This document shows positions 40,486 through 50,228 of a DNA stretch of 64,000 bases, in pieces (position 1 is the stretch's first letter; every line of letters begins with the position of its first letter). This DNA is from a virus. The notes under the pieces were generated by a model. That model was not told the DNA's origin and did no database searches. It saw nothing but the letters and a program-made list of their open reading frames with translations. The position numbers were made by a program, and so were the translations under genes. The stretch spans positions 108,405-172,404 of IMG/VR virus record IMGVR_UViG_3300026484_000295; one strand, 5' to 3'.

Positions 40486-41556
40486 ATGGCTGATTTGATA
40501 AAAATAGAAACTGTTGATGGTCAAGAAGTAATTGATTCTAATGCTCAAGTTAATTATGATGCAATTTCTAATATTCCTCCAGCTTTAGTTGATACTAGTA
40601 CTCATAATCATGATAATGAATATATGAGTAAAAATACTATTGAAGATGAATTTACTCGTATAATGAATAAAGTAGCATCTCTAACAAAGGCATTAACTAT
40701 TAGACCATTAAAAACAAAAGGTTTTTTAAACGGTGGTTATAAAAGTGGATATGTTTATGCACAAAGAGTTCAACGTTTTAATACTGTTACTGAAACTGGA
40801 GTTGAAATCGGACAAATAGGTACAGTTGCATCGTATTATACACCTGGAGCTTCATCGGAATTGAAAGGTTATTATTTTGGTGATGCCAATAGTAGTACAA
40901 AGGGTGGAGATCATACTAGAACAGGGAGAGATTTAGATAAAATTACATATTTAACAGAGGTAGAAGAATATTTAGGAAATATTACGTTGCATAATACAAA
41001 ATCAACAATCTATAATATCTATTCACAGTCTAAAATATTTTTATCAAATGCTGATGCAGGTTGGTCTAAGTTATCTGTTCTGACTGATACTATTGATAGT
41101 GTATCGTCTACACTTAATGGGTATGGTATGGGAAGACAAGGTTTATCTTCAGAAACATTTGGATATGTTGTTCAAGCTGGTAATTATGAAAGAACTTCAT
41201 TAAAATTTGATTATTTAACAAATGTAACAGATACTGGTACTACACAGCAGATTAGACAGCACCCTGCTGGACTTTCAAAAGATAAAGATAAAGGTTATTG
41301 GATAGATTATGGAACTGCTAATAATTGGCGAGTAGATATGTTGAATAATACTGTATCTAATATCGTCTGTTTTACAGAAGGTTTCGGTGAAAGTAATGCG
41401 TTAGGGTCTGAGAAAGAAGGGTTTATGATGGGTGGCTATGATGGTGCACAGCATGGGAAAGTTCAAAAAATGGTATGGGAAACAGAGACTGCTAGTAATG
41501 TATTGGGTGGATCATTAGCAATACCACAATCATCAGCTGGAATGGCAGAATCATAA
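40486..41556 (+). CDS. Putative receptor-binding/fibre-tip protein with beta-propeller-like repeats
   Basis: N-terminal I.NIP...H.HD..Y tail-repeat module followed by ~40-aa GY..GG...K...ET repeats. Confidence 0.6.
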   Translation: MADLIKIETVDGQEVIDSNAQVNYDAISNIPPALVDTSTHNHDNEYMSKNTIEDEFTRIMNKVASLTKALTIRPLKTKGFLNGGYKSGYVYAQRVQRFNTVTETGVEIGQIGTVASYYTPGASSELKGYYFGDANSSTKGGDHTRTGRDLDKITYLTEVEEYLGNITLHNTKSTIYNIYSQSKIFLSNADAGWSKLSVLTDTIDSVSSTLNGYGMGRQGLSSETFGYVVQAGNYERTSLKFDYLTNVTDTGTTQQIRQHPAGLSKDKDKGYWIDYGTANNWRVDMLNNTVSNIVCFTEGFGESNALGSEKEGFMMGGYDGAQHGKVQKMVWETETASNVLGGSLAIPQSSAGMAES

Positions 41557-41567
41557 GGTAATAAACA

Positions 41568-42554
41568 ATGGCAAAATTAAACCGACTTAAAGTAGATAAT
41601 AATAATATATTTGATACTGATAACAGGATAGATTGGACAAGATTTAAAAATATACCATCAACTTTAGTAAGTGCTTCCGGACATAATCATGATGATTTAT
41701 ATTACAAATCGTCGATAGTTAATGATAAATTTAAATTGGAAGAGGATAAGCTTGATTTGCTTGAAAAACGTATTGAAGTATTATCCTATAAAACAGATAT
41801 AATGATGGCAGGTGGACTATTAAATAACACTAAAATACATAATTATAATTTTTCAACTGAAGTAACTAGTGAGATTTCAACAAATACTAATATGATAAGT
41901 ATTAATGCTCCTGGTATTTCGTCAAAAGAATTTGGTTATTTTACTAATACAGATAGAATAATTGATAAATTTTATCACTTTACATTAACAATTGAATCGG
42001 TTCAACAATCAAATATTGAACCAAAAGCATCATTAATAGATTTTGCTGTTCAAAGCTTAGGTTTTATTACGGATGGTATTGGTTGGAATAAACTCAATCA
42101 ATTATTAGATATATGGGAAACTAAAAGTGATAATCCGGTTGATGTATCTGGACGACCATTTTTATCATCTAGTGTTATTGGGTATTGTAAGGGGTCAGAC
42201 TTAGGTATGGTAAAAGAATTAACATATACAACAGAAGTATTAAAAGAATTATCAGAGATAAGAACAATCGGAATAACAACAGGCCTAAATAAAAGTTCAA
42301 ATTTAGGTTATTGGATTTCAAAAATAAATGGTAATTATGAGCATAATTATCTAACAGAAAGCTTTAGATCAATAAATATTTTTATAGATGATATGGATAA
42401 TTCATCAACATCAACAACTGAATTTTTTGGTATGATTGTAGCAGGAGGAATAGATGGTGATTTAACTAATAAATTGATGTGGTCTACTCTTTCAATTACA
42501 CAATCTGTATCTCTTTCTTTAAATAAGAGTGGAGCCAGTTCAATAGAACTATAA
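41568..42554 (+). CDS. Paralogous propeller-like fibre-tip protein
   Basis: W...KNIP......HNHDDLYY, the same repeat spacing, and a matching S.K.FGY / ..E C-terminus. Confidence 0.6.
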   Translation: MAKLNRLKVDNNNIFDTDNRIDWTRFKNIPSTLVSASGHNHDDLYYKSSIVNDKFKLEEDKLDLLEKRIEVLSYKTDIMMAGGLLNNTKIHNYNFSTEVTSEISTNTNMISINAPGISSKEFGYFTNTDRIIDKFYHFTLTIESVQQSNIEPKASLIDFAVQSLGFITDGIGWNKLNQLLDIWETKSDNPVDVSGRPFLSSSVIGYCKGSDLGMVKELTYTTEVLKELSEIRTIGITTGLNKSSNLGYWISKINGNYEHNYLTESFRSINIFIDDMDNSSTSTTEFFGMIVAGGIDGDLTNKLMWSTLSITQSVSLSLNKSGASSIEL

Positions 42555-42571
42555 CAAAACCGGAGAATATA

Positions 42572-42793
42572 ATGGATATATTAAAACTAGAAATTAATAA
42601 ACAAATAATATTAGATGAAGCGAATAAAATTGATTGGGGTAAAGTAAAAAATACACCTTTAATAAATATTACTAGTAATGCTCATACTCACGATGATAGA
42701 TACTATCGCCAAAGTGATGTTGATAGTAGAATAAATTCACTAAGTCTAGCTATAGCAGATTTAGAAGAAAAAGTAAATAACTTAGGAGTATAA
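42572..42793 (+). CDS. Stand-alone fibre anchor module (HTHDDRYY)
   Basis: Matches only the N-terminal ~70 aa of the two upstream paralogs; GGAG RBS. Confidence 0.65.
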   Translation: MDILKLEINKQIILDEANKIDWGKVKNTPLINITSNAHTHDDRYYRQSDVDSRINSLSLAIADLEEKVNNLGV

Positions 42794-42795
42794 AA

Positions 42796-43482
42796 ATGAC
42801 AATACCAGAAATAGATTATCCAATAATTAACAAAGTTAAAGATAAAAAAATTGTAATATATACAGCTAATAATGTAGGTGAATTTCCACATAATTTCACC
42901 AAATCATTTATCCCTAGTAGTATCCCTATAAAATTAGACTGGTACGTAGGATACACAAATATTATATTGGAAGATTTTAATATGATAGAAATATCATTAG
43001 ATATTGCTAAGGGTTTACAAACATTTAATATTATTAATCATTCAAAAAAAAGATATGATCAATATAATAGACCAAACCCAAACAATGAAAAAAAAGAAAT
43101 AATTATGACTGATGATGAGTTATATTTACAAGTGAAAGCTAAAAAATTTCTAATAGAGAAAGAAATTATCCGTATGTTTGATAAAAAAATTGATAATTTA
43201 TATAAACAATATGGTCGAGAATCTGATTCATGGGATATACAATACTCAGAAGCTATTGAGTATAAAAATGGGGATATGGATACACCTTTTATAGATATTT
43301 TATCTTCAGAACGAAATATTAGTAAAGAAATATTAATTGAAAAAATTATTACTAAAAATAAAGAATTTAAACAAATTTTTGCTAAAATTATTGCTGAAAA
43401 ACAGATACTTGAAGATAGATTAAAAATTATGGATACAGATATATTATTGAATTTATTTATTGATGAAAATATTGTAAAATAA
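42796..43482 (+). CDS. Putative tail-fibre assembly-type protein
   Basis: E..SW..Q..EA..Y.....TPF...L...R.I....L..KI motif, usually seen beside fibre genes. Confidence 0.55.
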   Translation: MTIPEIDYPIINKVKDKKIVIYTANNVGEFPHNFTKSFIPSSIPIKLDWYVGYTNIILEDFNMIEISLDIAKGLQTFNIINHSKKRYDQYNRPNPNNEKKEIIMTDDELYLQVKAKKFLIEKEIIRMFDKKIDNLYKQYGRESDSWDIQYSEAIEYKNGDMDTPFIDILSSERNISKEILIEKIITKNKEFKQIFAKIIAEKQILEDRLKIMDTDILLNLFIDENIVK

Positions 43483-43505
43483 TTTAAAAATTGTGAGGTG
43501 TATCT

Positions 43506-44189
43506 ATGTCTAAATATCAAAATGAAATCAAAGAACTTATTGATATGCAACCTACAACAATGTCTAAATATCAAATTGATAATTTTGTTATTAATGAAAA
43601 AATGACAGACTATAAGATTCTAAAACAAATATTATTAGAATTAGGAACTCGATATAATGCGTATGAAGATATACTAATAGATTATGAAATTTTAGAATTA
43701 GAAATAAAAAAATCTGAAGAAGAATACAATAAAATTAAAACTGATATAACTAAAAAAATTAAAAAATTAGAAATTCAGAAACAAAAAAATAATTTAAAAC
43801 GTATGAAGAAAACTATAAAAAATCATGAATATGAAATTGCTATTTTTGAGGAAAATTATAAAAAAATTAAAGATAACTATGAATCGCCAAAATTACTTTT
43901 ACAAGATGAAACTGGGGAAGAAATATATTGGGTTAATAAATTTATAAAAGAAGCCCAGATTGATATAATGACTAATGGACGTATTGGTAAAGGTGTTTTA
44001 GATGCTATTCTTATGCTTCCAGAAAGATTACAAGAAATAATAGTGAATAATGCAGTTGCTCAAGCTGCTAATTCCAATTCATATATAGGATTTAATGAAG
44101 CGGAAATTATTGAATCTATTAAATCATCTAAAAAGGTTTCATTGATGTTGAATACATTAATAGGTGAGAAAAAAGATGAGGTAGACTAA
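43506..44189 (+). CDS. Hypothetical coiled-coil protein of the fibre cassette
   Basis: MS.YQ..NFV.....T.Y...KQ.LLEL..R followed by coiled coil and E..YW......G.IG.G. Confidence 0.6.
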   Translation: MSKYQNEIKELIDMQPTTMSKYQIDNFVINEKMTDYKILKQILLELGTRYNAYEDILIDYEILELEIKKSEEEYNKIKTDITKKIKKLEIQKQKNNLKRMKKTIKNHEYEIAIFEENYKKIKDNYESPKLLLQDETGEEIYWVNKFIKEAQIDIMTNGRIGKGVLDAILMLPERLQEIIVNNAVAQAANSNSYIGFNEAEIIESIKSSKKVSLMLNTLIGEKKDEVD

Positions 44190-44935
44190 TGGGTTTCGAT
44201 TTTAATAATTCATCTGGAGAATCATTTGGTAATATAGAAGATGTTTTTTTTAAAAAAGATGGGAAACCCATTATAGATTCCACAATTGGTAATAGTTCAG
44301 AAAAGGTTAATTTGAATGAATTAAAACAATCTATCCATGAAAAAAGTGTACAAAGTACTAATAATACTTCTGGAACAACAATAACAATATCTAAAGAAAT
44401 ATTAGATTTAGATGAAGATAAAATTGTTAAACTAACCTCGTTAGAAGAACGTAGAATGAATATTTCATCAGTACGTAATAAATCATTTATCAATATAAAT
44501 GATGGATCAGAAATTACTATTGTTGAAAAAACACAAATGTATAATGGTGTAAATTTATATACTGCTAAACAAGAAAATGGAGAAATGATAACATACCCTC
44601 GTAGTATGTTTGTTGGTTCTACAAAACAATTTGTACCAAAAGAATTTTATATTCGAGAGGCTGAAAGAGTTTTGGAGGATACAATAATAAAACAATATAA
44701 TAATATTAAAGCTTTGATAGAAAAACAAGAATTATTAGAAGAAACACCTGATAGCAAATATTTAGAATTAATGTTACCAGAGCCATTATCAATAGGTTCT
44801 ATGGTTGTCCCTGATAAAGTTCAAATCCCCGTTAAAAGGATATTTGATATGGAATATAAAATAATGTTTTTGGAGAACGTTATTTGTTTAGATAATAAAA
44901 TAGCATCATTGTTATTTATTGATATTTGGTTCTAA
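44189..44935 (+). CDS. Hypothetical protein
   Basis: 248-aa ORF overlapping the upstream stop (TAATG) with a GAGG RBS. Confidence 0.6.
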   Translation: MGFDFNNSSGESFGNIEDVFFKKDGKPIIDSTIGNSSEKVNLNELKQSIHEKSVQSTNNTSGTTITISKEILDLDEDKIVKLTSLEERRMNISSVRNKSFININDGSEITIVEKTQMYNGVNLYTAKQENGEMITYPRSMFVGSTKQFVPKEFYIREAERVLEDTIIKQYNNIKALIEKQELLEETPDSKYLELMLPEPLSIGSMVVPDKVQIPVKRIFDMEYKIMFLENVICLDNKIASLLFIDIWF

Positions 44936-45127
44936 ATTATTATTAATTAAATAGTTTGTTAGATCACGTATGAATACGGAATTATTTGATGTGATAGGTA
45001 TATCTCTAGGCAAAGTTTCTTTATCTAAAAAAACCAAAACATCAGATATTTCAAAATGGTCTGTTTTTTTAATAGAGAATAATTTTCTATTCATTTCGAT
45101 TTTTCTTAATTCTAATTGATCTAACAT
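44912..45127 (-). CDS. Hypothetical small protein (start uncertain)
   Basis: The ATG at 45127 follows the 45138 stop and has an AGGG RBS; the ORF track start at 45196 overlaps the upstream gene. Confidence 0.45.
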   Translation of the reverse strand: MLDQLELRKIEMNRKLFSIKKTDHFEISDVLVFLDKETLPRDIPITSNNSVFIRDLTNYLINNNLEPNINK

Positions 45128-45137
45128 AAAAAATTCC

Positions 45138-45383
45138 CTACATACTTTTAAAATTGAATGAAAAAGATAAATCATCACTTTCTGTATTTTTTTCATCTTT
45201 TAATTCTGATTCAATTAGTTTTTTAATTTTCTCAGCTCTCATTTTTTTAACAATAGTTTCATTTATTTTTGCTAATGTTTCTTCACTATAATTTGCAGTA
45301 GGTATATTTGGATTTTCATCAAAACTCATACTTATCACTTCATCATTTACGCTATCGAATGGTATTTTTTTTAATTCTGCCAT
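45138..45383 (-). CDS. Hypothetical late protein
   Basis: AAGGAG RBS; TATAAATA at 45408-45415. Confidence 0.6.
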   Translation of the reverse strand: MAELKKIPFDSVNDEVISMSFDENPNIPTANYSEETLAKINETIVKKMRAEKIKKLIESELKDEKNTESDDLSFSFNFKSM

Positions 45384-45463
45384 TTTTAACTCCTTCTATT
45401 TTAATAGTATTTATATCAAAAAAATGTAAAATAACTAAAAATATAATATAAGGATAAAAAATA

Positions 45464-47269
45464 ATGGGTATGACAAACGAACAAGAAGAATTTTCTAAAA
45501 CACGAGACACCCATATATTGGCACTAGCATCAGCAGGAGCAGGAAAAACCCATACATTAATTCATTTTATTCACGATAAAATTAAAAGTGGATTGCGTCC
45601 AAACCAGATAATTTCATTTTCATTTACTCGTAAAGCTGCAAATGAATTGAAAGATAGAGTTAATAGTCATTTTAAAGGTATGGATTTTGATTTTAAATAT
45701 ATATCGACTATACATTCTTTTTGTTGGAATGAAATTATTAAGCCCTTTTATAATGAAATTGGTTATACATCAATACCAACTATTGTACATGAGTTTCCAG
45801 ATGAATTTATGGAAAAAGAATATAAAGAACACGGTAAAAAACAAGATAGAGCTGGATTTAATCGCAAATTTATGGATATAGTTTCTAAAGATTTACAAGA
45901 AGAAGATTTTACGGCTCCAGAGACAGTACGCTTACTACAATATCTTGTTAGTCATAATCTAACTATGTTTGATTTTATGATTCATTTAGCTAATTTTGTA
46001 TTGAAAGAAGAGCCAGTTAAATTACAAAAACATATAGGTACAATAGGCTATGTTATAACTGATGAAGCGCAAGATTTAAATCCAGCACAGTATAAATTTA
46101 CTAAGTTACTGCAGTCAGTTTTTAGTAATGAAAAGAATAATGTAAATTTAGTAAAAGTTGGTGATTTTAAACAATCGATATATGGATTTAGAGGTAGTGA
46201 TCCTAGAATAATAAACACATTTGTTGATGAATTTGATCCTGTTGTTAAAATATTATCATATAATTTTAGGAGTGCTCCAGAAATTGTAGATTTAGCTAAT
46301 GAGATTGCCGAAACTATTGATTTAGGGAATGATGCACTTAATGAGTCGAAATATGCTCAACATGGGTCTAGTATATCTGAAGGAGAAGTTTATAACATAT
46401 ACGATGTTGAAGAATTTATTGATGAATTAAAATTGATTGAAAAACCATTAGAGCAAACTTGTATTTTGGCTAGAACTAATATGGTTATAAAATCATTAGC
46501 TAAGATTCTTGGAAAATTAGAAATACCGTATTATCTACATACTGAATTTGATATATTAAAGAGATCAGAAGTAAAATTTTTAATGAGTATGTTGAGTGTT
46601 GTGAGTCATGGATATAATAAAGCTATAGTTTTGGATATTATTAAAGCTGCAAAAGGTGGGATACCTATGAAAGTTGCTGCATCAATTAATAAATGTGATA
46701 ATATGCAAATGGTTGGAAGAATGTTTCAAGATATTAAAAAAATACCAGAAATTATAAAAATTTATAATGATTTAGAAAAAGGGTTGTTTAATGCGGCGAT
46801 ACCTAAAATCGCAAAACTTATGGAAACTTCAAAAAAATCATCTGAACAAATTCAACAATCATTGGAACGTTTTTATCGTGATTTGAATACTGTTAAAACA
46901 ACTGAAGGATTGGATTCTTGGATGGAAGCATTAGAAGAATTATTGTTTGAAGCTCAATTTTTAGAAGAAAAACAACAAGGTAAAGTACAGTTAATGACAG
47001 TTCATAAAAGTAAAGGGTTACAATGGGATAATGTTATCTTTATTTATGATTTCAGTTTATTAGAGCAGGTAGAAAATGATTTTTATGATTTAGAAGAAGA
47101 AAAGCGTGTAGTTTATACTGCTGTAACTCGACCAACAACTAATTTAGTTATCTGGGATTTAGAACAACAGATGATTAGTAGTTACTTTACAAAAGGGTCA
47201 TTGTTAAAGATGATAGAAAATGCTCTAAAAAAAGGTATTTTAGATATAGAGGATTTTTCAAAATATTAA
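45464..47269 (+). CDS. uvrD: UvrD/Rep/PcrA-family SF1 helicase
   Basis: A.AGAGKT, SFTRKAA.E, STIHSFC, DEAQD, VGD.KQSIYGFRG, NFRS, ILARTN, MTVHKSKGL and EE.R..YTAVTR. Confidence 0.95.
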   Translation: MGMTNEQEEFSKTRDTHILALASAGAGKTHTLIHFIHDKIKSGLRPNQIISFSFTRKAANELKDRVNSHFKGMDFDFKYISTIHSFCWNEIIKPFYNEIGYTSIPTIVHEFPDEFMEKEYKEHGKKQDRAGFNRKFMDIVSKDLQEEDFTAPETVRLLQYLVSHNLTMFDFMIHLANFVLKEEPVKLQKHIGTIGYVITDEAQDLNPAQYKFTKLLQSVFSNEKNNVNLVKVGDFKQSIYGFRGSDPRIINTFVDEFDPVVKILSYNFRSAPEIVDLANEIAETIDLGNDALNESKYAQHGSSISEGEVYNIYDVEEFIDELKLIEKPLEQTCILARTNMVIKSLAKILGKLEIPYYLHTEFDILKRSEVKFLMSMLSVVSHGYNKAIVLDIIKAAKGGIPMKVAASINKCDNMQMVGRMFQDIKKIPEIIKIYNDLEKGLFNAAIPKIAKLMETSKKSSEQIQQSLERFYRDLNTVKTTEGLDSWMEALEELLFEAQFLEEKQQGKVQLMTVHKSKGLQWDNVIFIYDFSLLEQVENDFYDLEEEKRVVYTAVTRPTTNLVIWDLEQQMISSYFTKGSLLKMIENALKKGILDIEDFSKY

Positions 47270-47291
47270 TTTATAATCAATAAATAAATTT

Positions 47292-47669
47292 ATGATTGAT
47301 ATAAAAAAAATTAAAAAAAATGATAATGTTTGGTGTATTTCACAGTCACTGGAACAAATGATATACCCTTTGAAAGCAACGTTTATTAAATTGGAATCTT
47401 CAAAATCTGATAAATTAGTTCTTGTAAATTTTAATAATAAAACTATATGTTATCCATTACATCTGTTATTTGAAACAGAATTAGATGCTAAGATATATGG
47501 TTCTGTAAATTTTATGAAATTGTATTATAATTTTGATCCTTTTTTTGTATCAGAAAATATTGATGAACAAATTTTAAAAGAAGCATCATATTTAATGAAT
47601 ACATTTGAAAAAAATAATCCGTCTAAATTTTTATATTATTGGATGGGAAATGTACCAAATAGATTCTAA
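47292..47669 (+). CDS. Hypothetical protein (paralog of the next ORF)
   Basis: Shares W.I, E.DA.I and A.......NNP....Y pattern with the 47671 ORF. Confidence 0.55.
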   Translation: MIDIKKIKKNDNVWCISQSLEQMIYPLKATFIKLESSKSDKLVLVNFNNKTICYPLHLLFETELDAKIYGSVNFMKLYYNFDPFFVSENIDEQILKEASYLMNTFEKNNPSKFLYYWMGNVPNRF

Positions 47670-47670
47670 A

Positions 47671-47985
47671 ATGTGGGGTATTGTATATAAATTTGATACT
47701 CCAAAATTAGTAATAATTAAAGATATAATTGAGACTAAAAATAGTTTGATCTATAAAGTTAAATATAAAAATAAATTGTTTGATATTTTTAATATTGATA
47801 TATATCCTTCTAAGATAGAAGCTGATATATTTTGGTCAATTACTATACAAGAAGAATTTAAATATACGCAAAAACAACCATCATTATTTATGACGGATGA
47901 ATTTGAATTTGCTGTAAGAAAAGCAAACAAGATATTATTGTATTATGCTGACAATAATCCGGATATTTTATTAAAATATTTTTAA
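47671..47985 (+). CDS. Hypothetical protein (paralog of the previous ORF)
   Basis: In-frame ATG at 47671 just after the upstream stop; the track start is 47605. Confidence 0.5.
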   Translation: MWGIVYKFDTPKLVIIKDIIETKNSLIYKVKYKNKLFDIFNIDIYPSKIEADIFWSITIQEEFKYTQKQPSLFMTDEFEFAVRKANKILLYYADNNPDILLKYF

Positions 47986-48182
47986 GATAATACCGCTTTA
48001 AATTCTCTACCTGGATAACGATCTTCATTTTTATAAAATTCACATTTAAAATTTCTTTCAGAAACTCTAAAACCAAATTGTTTTTTTGCACTTTTGAAAA
48101 TCGAACAATCATTAAAATGATCACAACATATACACGCGTAGTAAGTACACGATTTTTCATTTAATAATGTATTTAATTTCAT
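47982..48182 (-). CDS. Small Cys-rich late protein
   Basis: GAGG RBS, TATAAATA at 48207-48214, N-terminus MKLNTLLNE and six Cys. Confidence 0.55.
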   Translation of the reverse strand: MKLNTLLNEKSCTYYACICCDHFNDCSIFKSAKKQFGFRVSERNFKCEFYKNEDRYPGREFKAVLS

Positions 48183-48255
48183 AGAATACCTCTTGTAATT
48201 TTATGTTATTTATATAAAAAATGTAAAATATACTAAAATCTTATAAGGGTAAAAT

Positions 48256-48762
48256 ATGGATGAATTAGCACCAGGTCTGATATATCTTTCTGATTTGAAT
48301 AAACTTGTATATTCAAACTCATATATTATAAATTCTGGAAGTAAATTGAGTTCAATTTCTAATGATTTAGGAACATATGCTGAGTATATTTCAGACGATG
48401 ATAGAGATTTATTATATGCAAAGTCTATTGGAGTTAAAGTTTTTAATGAGATAGTAAATGAATTTGATTATTCGCTTATAAATGATATTGATACTGATAG
48501 AGAAATTGATAAATTAAAAAAACAATTTTCTGAATTAAGTGATTTAATTGAAGATGAATATGATTATATCAAGTTATCAGCGCATAATATTCTTTTATTA
48601 AAAATGGCTTTTATACTTAAAAAACATTTAGATTCATTAAATACATCAGTTTATTTAATGCGTGGATCTGGAGTATCATCATTCATATTTTATTTAATAG
48701 GTTTAAATAAAGTCAACCCTATTAAATTTGGGTTAGATTATAAAAATTTTTGGAATAATTAA
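48256..48762 (+). CDS. DnaE-like N-terminal palm fragment (GS motif)
   Basis: C-terminal RGSGVSS.I.YLIG..KVNP.KFGL....F.N corresponds to DnaE GRGS.AGSL.AY.LGIT..DP..Y.L.FERFLN. Confidence 0.82.
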   Translation: MDELAPGLIYLSDLNKLVYSNSYIINSGSKLSSISNDLGTYAEYISDDDRDLLYAKSIGVKVFNEIVNEFDYSLINDIDTDREIDKLKKQFSELSDLIEDEYDYIKLSAHNILLLKMAFILKKHLDSLNTSVYLMRGSGVSSFIFYLIGLNKVNPIKFGLDYKNFWNN

Positions 48763-49379
48763 TGGAGAATAAAATGGAAGAAGAAGTATCAACAGAACAG
48801 GTTAAAAAAAAGGGTCGACCTAAATCAGAGCATTATGTTAAAGAAAGCGAATTAAGAGATGAAATTGCGATAGCCCAGCAAAATGCTATAAAGGCTATTG
48901 ATGAAATCACCAAAGAATGGGATAAAAAAATTGAAAATGCATCAACAGAACCTGAAAAAGAAGCATTGCGAATTGAAAAAGAAAAAGCTTTAAATAGAGC
49001 AAAGACCAAAACGTACTGTACCCCAAGGTTAGGTGAAATTGTAGTATTAACAGTTGATAGAGTCGGTACACAAACAAAATTTAGACATTATACTTATTTA
49101 GATGATATGAAAGCTGAAGCTATTTATCAATCCATTAGAGGTATTATAAAATTTAATTTAGATAAAACAAATGATGCTGGACAAAAAAGTTCATCATTTT
49201 CTTACCTTACACAAATCATTACAAATGCATTTAGGCAAATTTTAAAGAAAGAAAAGAAAAATAGAGAAATAAAAGATCAGGCAATTGAAATGGCATTAGA
49301 TCAACATAGTGATATTGATGTTGATTTTGAATCTATAAAAAGAAAGAAAGATCGTTTAGATATAGCACATAGAGATTAA
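48762..49379 (+). CDS. gp55: Late-transcription sigma factor, gp55-like
   Basis: HYV...EL, LG, F..YTY..DM...AI......KF...K......FSY.TQ...NAF.Q..KKEK. Confidence 0.9.
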   Translation: MENKMEEEVSTEQVKKKGRPKSEHYVKESELRDEIAIAQQNAIKAIDEITKEWDKKIENASTEPEKEALRIEKEKALNRAKTKTYCTPRLGEIVVLTVDRVGTQTKFRHYTYLDDMKAEAIYQSIRGIIKFNLDKTNDAGQKSSSFSYLTQIITNAFRQILKKEKKNREIKDQAIEMALDQHSDIDVDFESIKRKKDRLDIAHRD

Positions 49380-49448
49380 TTTTTAATTTGATTTTAATTT
49401 TAATTTTTGTATAATATGTAGAAACAAATAAAAAAGAAGGGTTACCAT

Positions 49449-50180
49449 ATGACATATTTTGAATTTTTAGATGATATCATAGAAAATTTTAGAGTTTCTA
49501 AAATGATTGAGATTGTTAAAATTGAACAAGACGTAGAGGAAAATGAATTACTTGCTGTTGCTTATGAAGCAACAAGAAGTTTAATTGTAGTTGCAAATTA
49601 CAAGGAGAGACCGGATATTGATATGCCTCAAATTCAAGGGTTTTCGCAATTAGATTTTGTCAAACAAATTATCAATATTGAAAAAAATGCTAAGAAAAGT
49701 TCTGTTAAGTTTAAAGAGAATGATGAATTAGCAGTTGAAACTATTTTTAAAATGGATGCTGCTACTATTAAAAATAAAAATGTTGCAAAGTCACTTCTAC
49801 CTGAAACACCTAAAAAACTTTCAGGATTCAAACCTGATATTGAAGTAGATTTAACATCAGAGGATATTTCATCTATTGTTACACATTTAAGTCTTAATAT
49901 TTTTAATGCTAGTGTATTTTTAACAAAATCATCAAAAGGTAAATTAAGCTTTAAACTTACAAATGATGTAGATACTGTTGATTATGATACTGACTTTGAT
50001 GTTGAAGACGGTATTCTCGAAGAACCATTTAAAATTGATTTAGAGAGATTACTTGCTATTTTAAGAGTTGGTAAAGAAGGTGTTAAAGTTGCTATTTCTG
50101 AAGGCCAAAATTTAGCTAGAATTATCAAAGAAGATGATAAAGCAGAATATAAATATTTTATGATTAAAAAAGCATCATAA
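49449..50180 (+). CDS. gp45: Sliding clamp, gp45-like
   Basis: 243 aa with a beta-rich clamp-like pattern, C-terminal V.IS......I......YKY, next to gp55 and preceded by an early-type promoter. Confidence 0.6.
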   Translation: MTYFEFLDDIIENFRVSKMIEIVKIEQDVEENELLAVAYEATRSLIVVANYKERPDIDMPQIQGFSQLDFVKQIINIEKNAKKSSVKFKENDELAVETIFKMDAATIKNKNVAKSLLPETPKKLSGFKPDIEVDLTSEDISSIVTHLSLNIFNASVFLTKSSKGKLSFKLTNDVDTVDYDTDFDVEDGILEEPFKIDLERLLAILRVGKEGVKVAISEGQNLARIIKEDDKAEYKYFMIKKAS

Positions 50181-50185
50181 AAAAC

Positions 50186-50222
50186 AATCCTCCTATATAA
50201 ATAAAGAAAGTATAGGGGGATT
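50186..50222 (+). promoter_or_regulatory. RBS-sequestering hairpin enclosing a late promoter
   Basis: AATCCTCCTATA pairs with TATAGGGGGATT (12 bp, one G-U). TATAAATA is at 50196-50203 and the RBS of the 50229 ORF is in the right arm. Confidence 0.75.
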
Positions 50223-50228
50223 TAAATT

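Noticed and set aside
36592-43482. Diversity-generating retroelement or invertible fibre cassette
   Set aside because: No reverse transcriptase, invertase, TR/VR pair or inverted fibre segments in the window.
48183-48255. Imperfect inverted repeat between divergent ORFs
   Set aside because: Explained by two opposing RBS sequences in AT-rich DNA.
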